Of a stretch of 64,000 nucleotides of DNA, positions 60,861-64,000 are shown one piece after another. The stretch lies in the NCBI GenBank assembly GCA_963667015.2, contig CAXXJJ010000001.1, positions 1,376,001 through 1,440,000 on the forward strand, given 5' to 3'. The stretch's first letter is position 1. Each line of letters starts with the position of its first letter. The stretch is from Desulfatiglandales bacterium (GTDB lineage Bacteria > Desulfobacterota > DSM-4660 > Desulfatiglandales > HGW-15). A program made the translations under genes and the position numbers. The notes under the pieces were generated by a model that had not been told where the DNA came from, ran no database searches, and saw nothing but the letters and a program-made list of their open reading frames with translations.

Positions 60861-61802
60861 ATGATTTATAACGATTTTAATGAATTAATAGAAAAGAATA
60901 TACGCGGCGCTTCTAAAAAGAATGTTGCTGTTATATGTGCCGAAGAAGCGCACACCCTGGAGGCAGTCATGTCTGCCGGGAAGGATGGAATTGCTCATCC
61001 TATACTGATCGGTAACCGGGAAAAAATAGAGGGTGAACTGGCTAAGATTAAAGATCATTGTGAATACACAATTATTCATGCGGCGGATACTGCCAGAGCT
61101 CTGGAGGCAACTGTCGATCTTGTTAAGGCGGGAGAGACCGATGCGATTATGAAAGGGCTTATTCAGACCTCGGATATGATGAATATGGTTGTCAATAAAG
61201 AGAGCGGACTCCGGACAGGCAATTTGATGTCTCACCTCCTGATCCTGAAGGTTCCGACATATCATAAGCTTCTGGCAATAACCGATGTTGCCATGGTTAC
61301 CTACCCGGACCTGGAACAAAAGAAAAAACTGCTGCTGAATGCAACCGGTACCCTGAAAAGCATGGGGTTTACCGATATCAAGGCGGCGGTTCTGGCAGCA
61401 GTGGATCATGTAAATCCCAAGATGCCCGAATCGGTAGAAGCTGCCGAGCTTAAAAAACTCGGCGAGGCCGGTGAAATACCGGACTGTATCGTTGAAGGCC
61501 CCATTCCCTATGACCTGGCAATAGATAAAGAATCTTCCCTGATTAAAGGATATACAAGTCCTGTGGCAGGAGACCCGGATATTCTCCTCTGCCCCAATAT
61601 TACCGCAGGAAACATCCTGGCAAAGAGCCTGGTATTCTCAGCAAAATCGGTTGCAGGCGCAATTATTGTAGGGGCAAAGGTACCGATCATTTTAACTTCC
61701 AGGGCCTCAAGCTCGGAGGAGAAATACCACTCCATAGTGCTGGCCTCATCGGTCAATAAAACGGATCAGGGAAAATCCCCGATAGATGGAAAGGGTGTTT
61801 AA
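60861..61802 (+). CDS. ptb: Phosphate butyryltransferase
   Basis: IMKGLIQT, TDVAM..YP, VNPKMP, GDPDIL..P...AGNIL.K, TSRA. Confidence 0.88.
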   Translation: MIYNDFNELIEKNIRGASKKNVAVICAEEAHTLEAVMSAGKDGIAHPILIGNREKIEGELAKIKDHCEYTIIHAADTARALEATVDLVKAGETDAIMKGLIQTSDMMNMVVNKESGLRTGNLMSHLLILKVPTYHKLLAITDVAMVTYPDLEQKKKLLLNATGTLKSMGFTDIKAAVLAAVDHVNPKMPESVEAAELKKLGEAGEIPDCIVEGPIPYDLAIDKESSLIKGYTSPVAGDPDILLCPNITAGNILAKSLVFSAKSVAGAIIVGAKVPIILTSRASSSEEKYHSIVLASSVNKTDQGKSPIDGKGV

Positions 61803-62935
61803 TGATGCCGGAAAAAGTACGAATACTTGCCATAAACCCGGGTTCCACATCCACCAAGATTGCGGTTTTTGATGATGAGGAAAAGATCTACCACCTTGAT
61901 ATTACACATGATACAGAGAAATTGAGTGAGTTTAAGGTCTTAAGCGATCAATTTGATTATCGGAAGGATATGATCATCGATGCTGTCGCAGCGGAAGGAT
62001 TCGATTTTAAGGACTTTACCGCCTTTGTGGGCAGGGGAGGGGGATTTAACCCGTGTTCCGGGGGGACATATGCGGTAAACGAGCTTATGCTCGAACACTC
62101 CGGATCACGACCATTTCATGCCGCAACCCTGGGGCCTATACTCGCCAATAACTTTGCAGCGACATACGATAAGCCGGCCTTTGTGGTCAACCCTCCTGAT
62201 GTTGATGAACTGGAACCCATTGCCCGTGTGAGCGGGATCGCCGCTTTACCCCGCAGCTGCAGTTTTCACGCCCTGAGCCATAAGGAAGTGGGTCTTCGGG
62301 CAGCGGAAAAAATGGGTAAATCCTACAGGGATGTCAATCTTGTAATTGCCCACATCGGGGGAGGGACATCGGTTGCTGCCCATAAAAAGGGAAGGGTTGT
62401 TGACGCAGATAATCTTATATTCGGTGAGGCCCCTATGGCGCCTACCCGGGCCGGGGTAGTCCCGCCCGGTAAACTTGTCAGCCTCTGCTTTTCCGGTGAA
62501 TACAGTGAAAAAGAGATTAAAGATCTGTTTATAAAGAACGGCGGAATGGTCAATCACCTCGGAACCAGCGAGGTCCTGAAAGTAAAGGAACAAATTGAAC
62601 AGGGTGACAGATATGCAAAGCTTATCTATGATGCCATGATATATCAGGTCGCAAAAAGTATTGGTGCCTATGCTGCGGTACTTCATGGTGAAGTGGATGC
62701 GATTGTCCTTACCGGGGGGATCAGTCGGGATGGATACCTTATTAAAACTCTCACAAATATGGTGGAGTTTATTGCACCTGTAGATGTTTATCCCGGGGAA
62801 CTGGAAATGGAGGCCCTTGCATCCGGTGCTTTAAGAGTGATTAGGGGAGAGGAAAAACCGCTGGAATATACTGGAGAGCCGGTGTGGGAAGGGTTTGACA
62901 GTTATAAAAAAAATCACAGATCTTCAGGAGTGTAA
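61802..62935 (+). CDS. buk: Butyrate kinase
   Basis: INPGSTSTK, GRGG, HIGGG.SV.AH, LTGG, YPGELEM. Confidence 0.92.
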   Translation: MMPEKVRILAINPGSTSTKIAVFDDEEKIYHLDITHDTEKLSEFKVLSDQFDYRKDMIIDAVAAEGFDFKDFTAFVGRGGGFNPCSGGTYAVNELMLEHSGSRPFHAATLGPILANNFAATYDKPAFVVNPPDVDELEPIARVSGIAALPRSCSFHALSHKEVGLRAAEKMGKSYRDVNLVIAHIGGGTSVAAHKKGRVVDADNLIFGEAPMAPTRAGVVPPGKLVSLCFSGEYSEKEIKDLFIKNGGMVNHLGTSEVLKVKEQIEQGDRYAKLIYDAMIYQVAKSIGAYAAVLHGEVDAIVLTGGISRDGYLIKTLTNMVEFIAPVDVYPGELEMEALASGALRVIRGEEKPLEYTGEPVWEGFDSYKKNHRSSGV

Positions 62936-62936
62936 A

Positions 62937-63374
62937 ATGACAATAAAGGAAGAGCAGTTAATGGGATGTCCTGCATGCGGACATAATCAGACTGCAGAAT
63001 TTTATCAGGCTATCAATGTAAAACTTAACCCTGAATTAAAGGAAAGATTTTTCAGGGGAGAGCTGAACATGTTTGTATGCGAGAAATGCGGTAAAAAGGC
63101 TGTTGTTGATCTTGTGTTCCTTTATCACGATATGGATAAGCGGTTTTGTGTCCAATACTGCCCTTTTGATCTTGTCGCCGGTCAGAGTGAAAAATTGTCC
63201 GAGATGTATTCCGTTGACGGAAAACTTAATGTCCCTGCAAATATTCAATTGCCTGAGGCCGCCCAATATATGTATGAACCCCATATTGTTCTCAGCCTGG
63301 ATGAGATGATAAGGTATGTGCAGTTCCGTGATGCCCTCTATGAAAAGGTATCTGAAAAGCAAAGCTGGCATTAA
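62937..63374 (+). CDS. CpXC domain protein
   Basis: CPACG...INV...PELK...CEKCG...FLYHD. Confidence 0.8.
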   Translation: MTIKEEQLMGCPACGHNQTAEFYQAINVKLNPELKERFFRGELNMFVCEKCGKKAVVDLVFLYHDMDKRFCVQYCPFDLVAGQSEKLSEMYSVDGKLNVPANIQLPEAAQYMYEPHIVLSLDEMIRYVQFRDALYEKVSEKQSWH

Positions 63375-64000
63375 TTCTGTTCAAGTTTGAAATTCAGGGT
63401 TGTCTCAGCCAGGATGTTAACGGGTTCTCCACCCACTGTGCCGGGCAAAAAACGCCAATCGGAAATACAATTGATAACGCTCTGATCAAAAATACCGGGT
63501 GGATCTGATTCTATAATGGTTACTTCATTCACTGTGCCATGGACATTGACCACAAATTGTGTCCTTACATATCCCTGAATCCTCTTCTGTTTGGCACGTA
63601 TGGGGTAAATAGGAGGCATTCGTTTAAGTGTTATTAATGGCTGATCCAGATCTCCTGTTTTAAAGACATCGGGGACTTCAAAATTACCCATAGCTGCCCG
63701 GGCAATAGAAGAGATATCAATGGTGAACGGATTTGCAACCGGCTCGGGATTATCCTCAAATGCCAGACTTAATCGGGGTTTTGGCATTTTATATGACTTT
63801 GACAGGGGTACCATGCGGATTTTTTTAGGCAGCAGTAATTTTGGCTCAGGTTCTTCAGGTTTAACCGGTATATCAGGCGGTAGGTCTATGATCTTTGCCT
63901 GTACTACCCGCTTTTTCTTAACAGGATGTTTCCCGATCGGTTCCCGAAGGAAAGGCATGAGAGAAATTAATAAAAATGTCACACATACGGCTGCAAAGCC
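63371..64000 (-). CDS. tonB: Energy transducer TonB (5' end beyond window)
   Basis: Pro-rich linker; PIYP..A...IQGYV...F.V...G.V...WRF.PG. Confidence 0.85.
   Translation of the reverse strand, partial: GFAAVCVTFLLISLMPFLREPIGKHPVKKKRVVQAKIIDLPPDIPVKPEEPEPKLLLPKKIRMVPLSKSYKMPKPRLSLAFEDNPEPVANPFTIDISSIARAAMGNFEVPDVFKTGDLDQPLITLKRMPPIYPIRAKQKRIQGYVRTQFVVNVHGTVNEVTIIESDPPGIFDQSVINCISDWRFLPGTVGGEPVNILAETTLNFKLEQN

Overview
Bacterial chromosomal window, moderately AT-rich. The gene content suggests an anaerobic Desulfobacterota/deltaproteobacterium (inference). Layout: (1) 1-1.2 kb: an Sfp-type PPTase followed by a RfaH/NusG-paralogue antiterminator (missed by the ORF track), transcribed off the left edge and probably heading a PKS/NRPS or polysaccharide operon. 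(2) 2.1-9 kb: a sigma54-like promoter with tandem enhancer palindromes and a frameshifted micro-ORF, a Zn-ribbon protein with a 13-aa charged repeat, and a Ser/Thr kinase / degenerate-GGDEF / GAF-HD-GYP triad. (3) 9-29 kb: mostly housekeeping (S46 peptidase, esterase, tilS, ihfA, PilZ, hisHF, rlmH, thrC, nuclease-DinG, kdsD, OYE). (4) 29-33.5 kb: an accessory patch with an AAA-DUF4143 ATPase, a cupin, a strongly divergent PRPP-synthetase homologue, an orphan structured ncRNA candidate with its own promoter, hicBA and a decayed relBE-like pair. (5) uvrA and redox genes, one split by a dead IS200. (6) 41-60.6 kb: a catabolic island with five NTF2/SnoaL proteins, a PhlG-like hydrolase plus AprAB-like flavoprotein operon, a MoaF/PAD-fold protein, a TonB receptor, transporters, and two inverted TetR paralogues with a triplicated operator-promoter. 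This is a candidate anaerobic pathway for plant/lignin-derived phenolics. (7) ptb-buk, CpXC and tonB at the right end. I recognised no tRNA, rRNA or CRISPR array. All calls come from motif reading by eye; no database searches were run.
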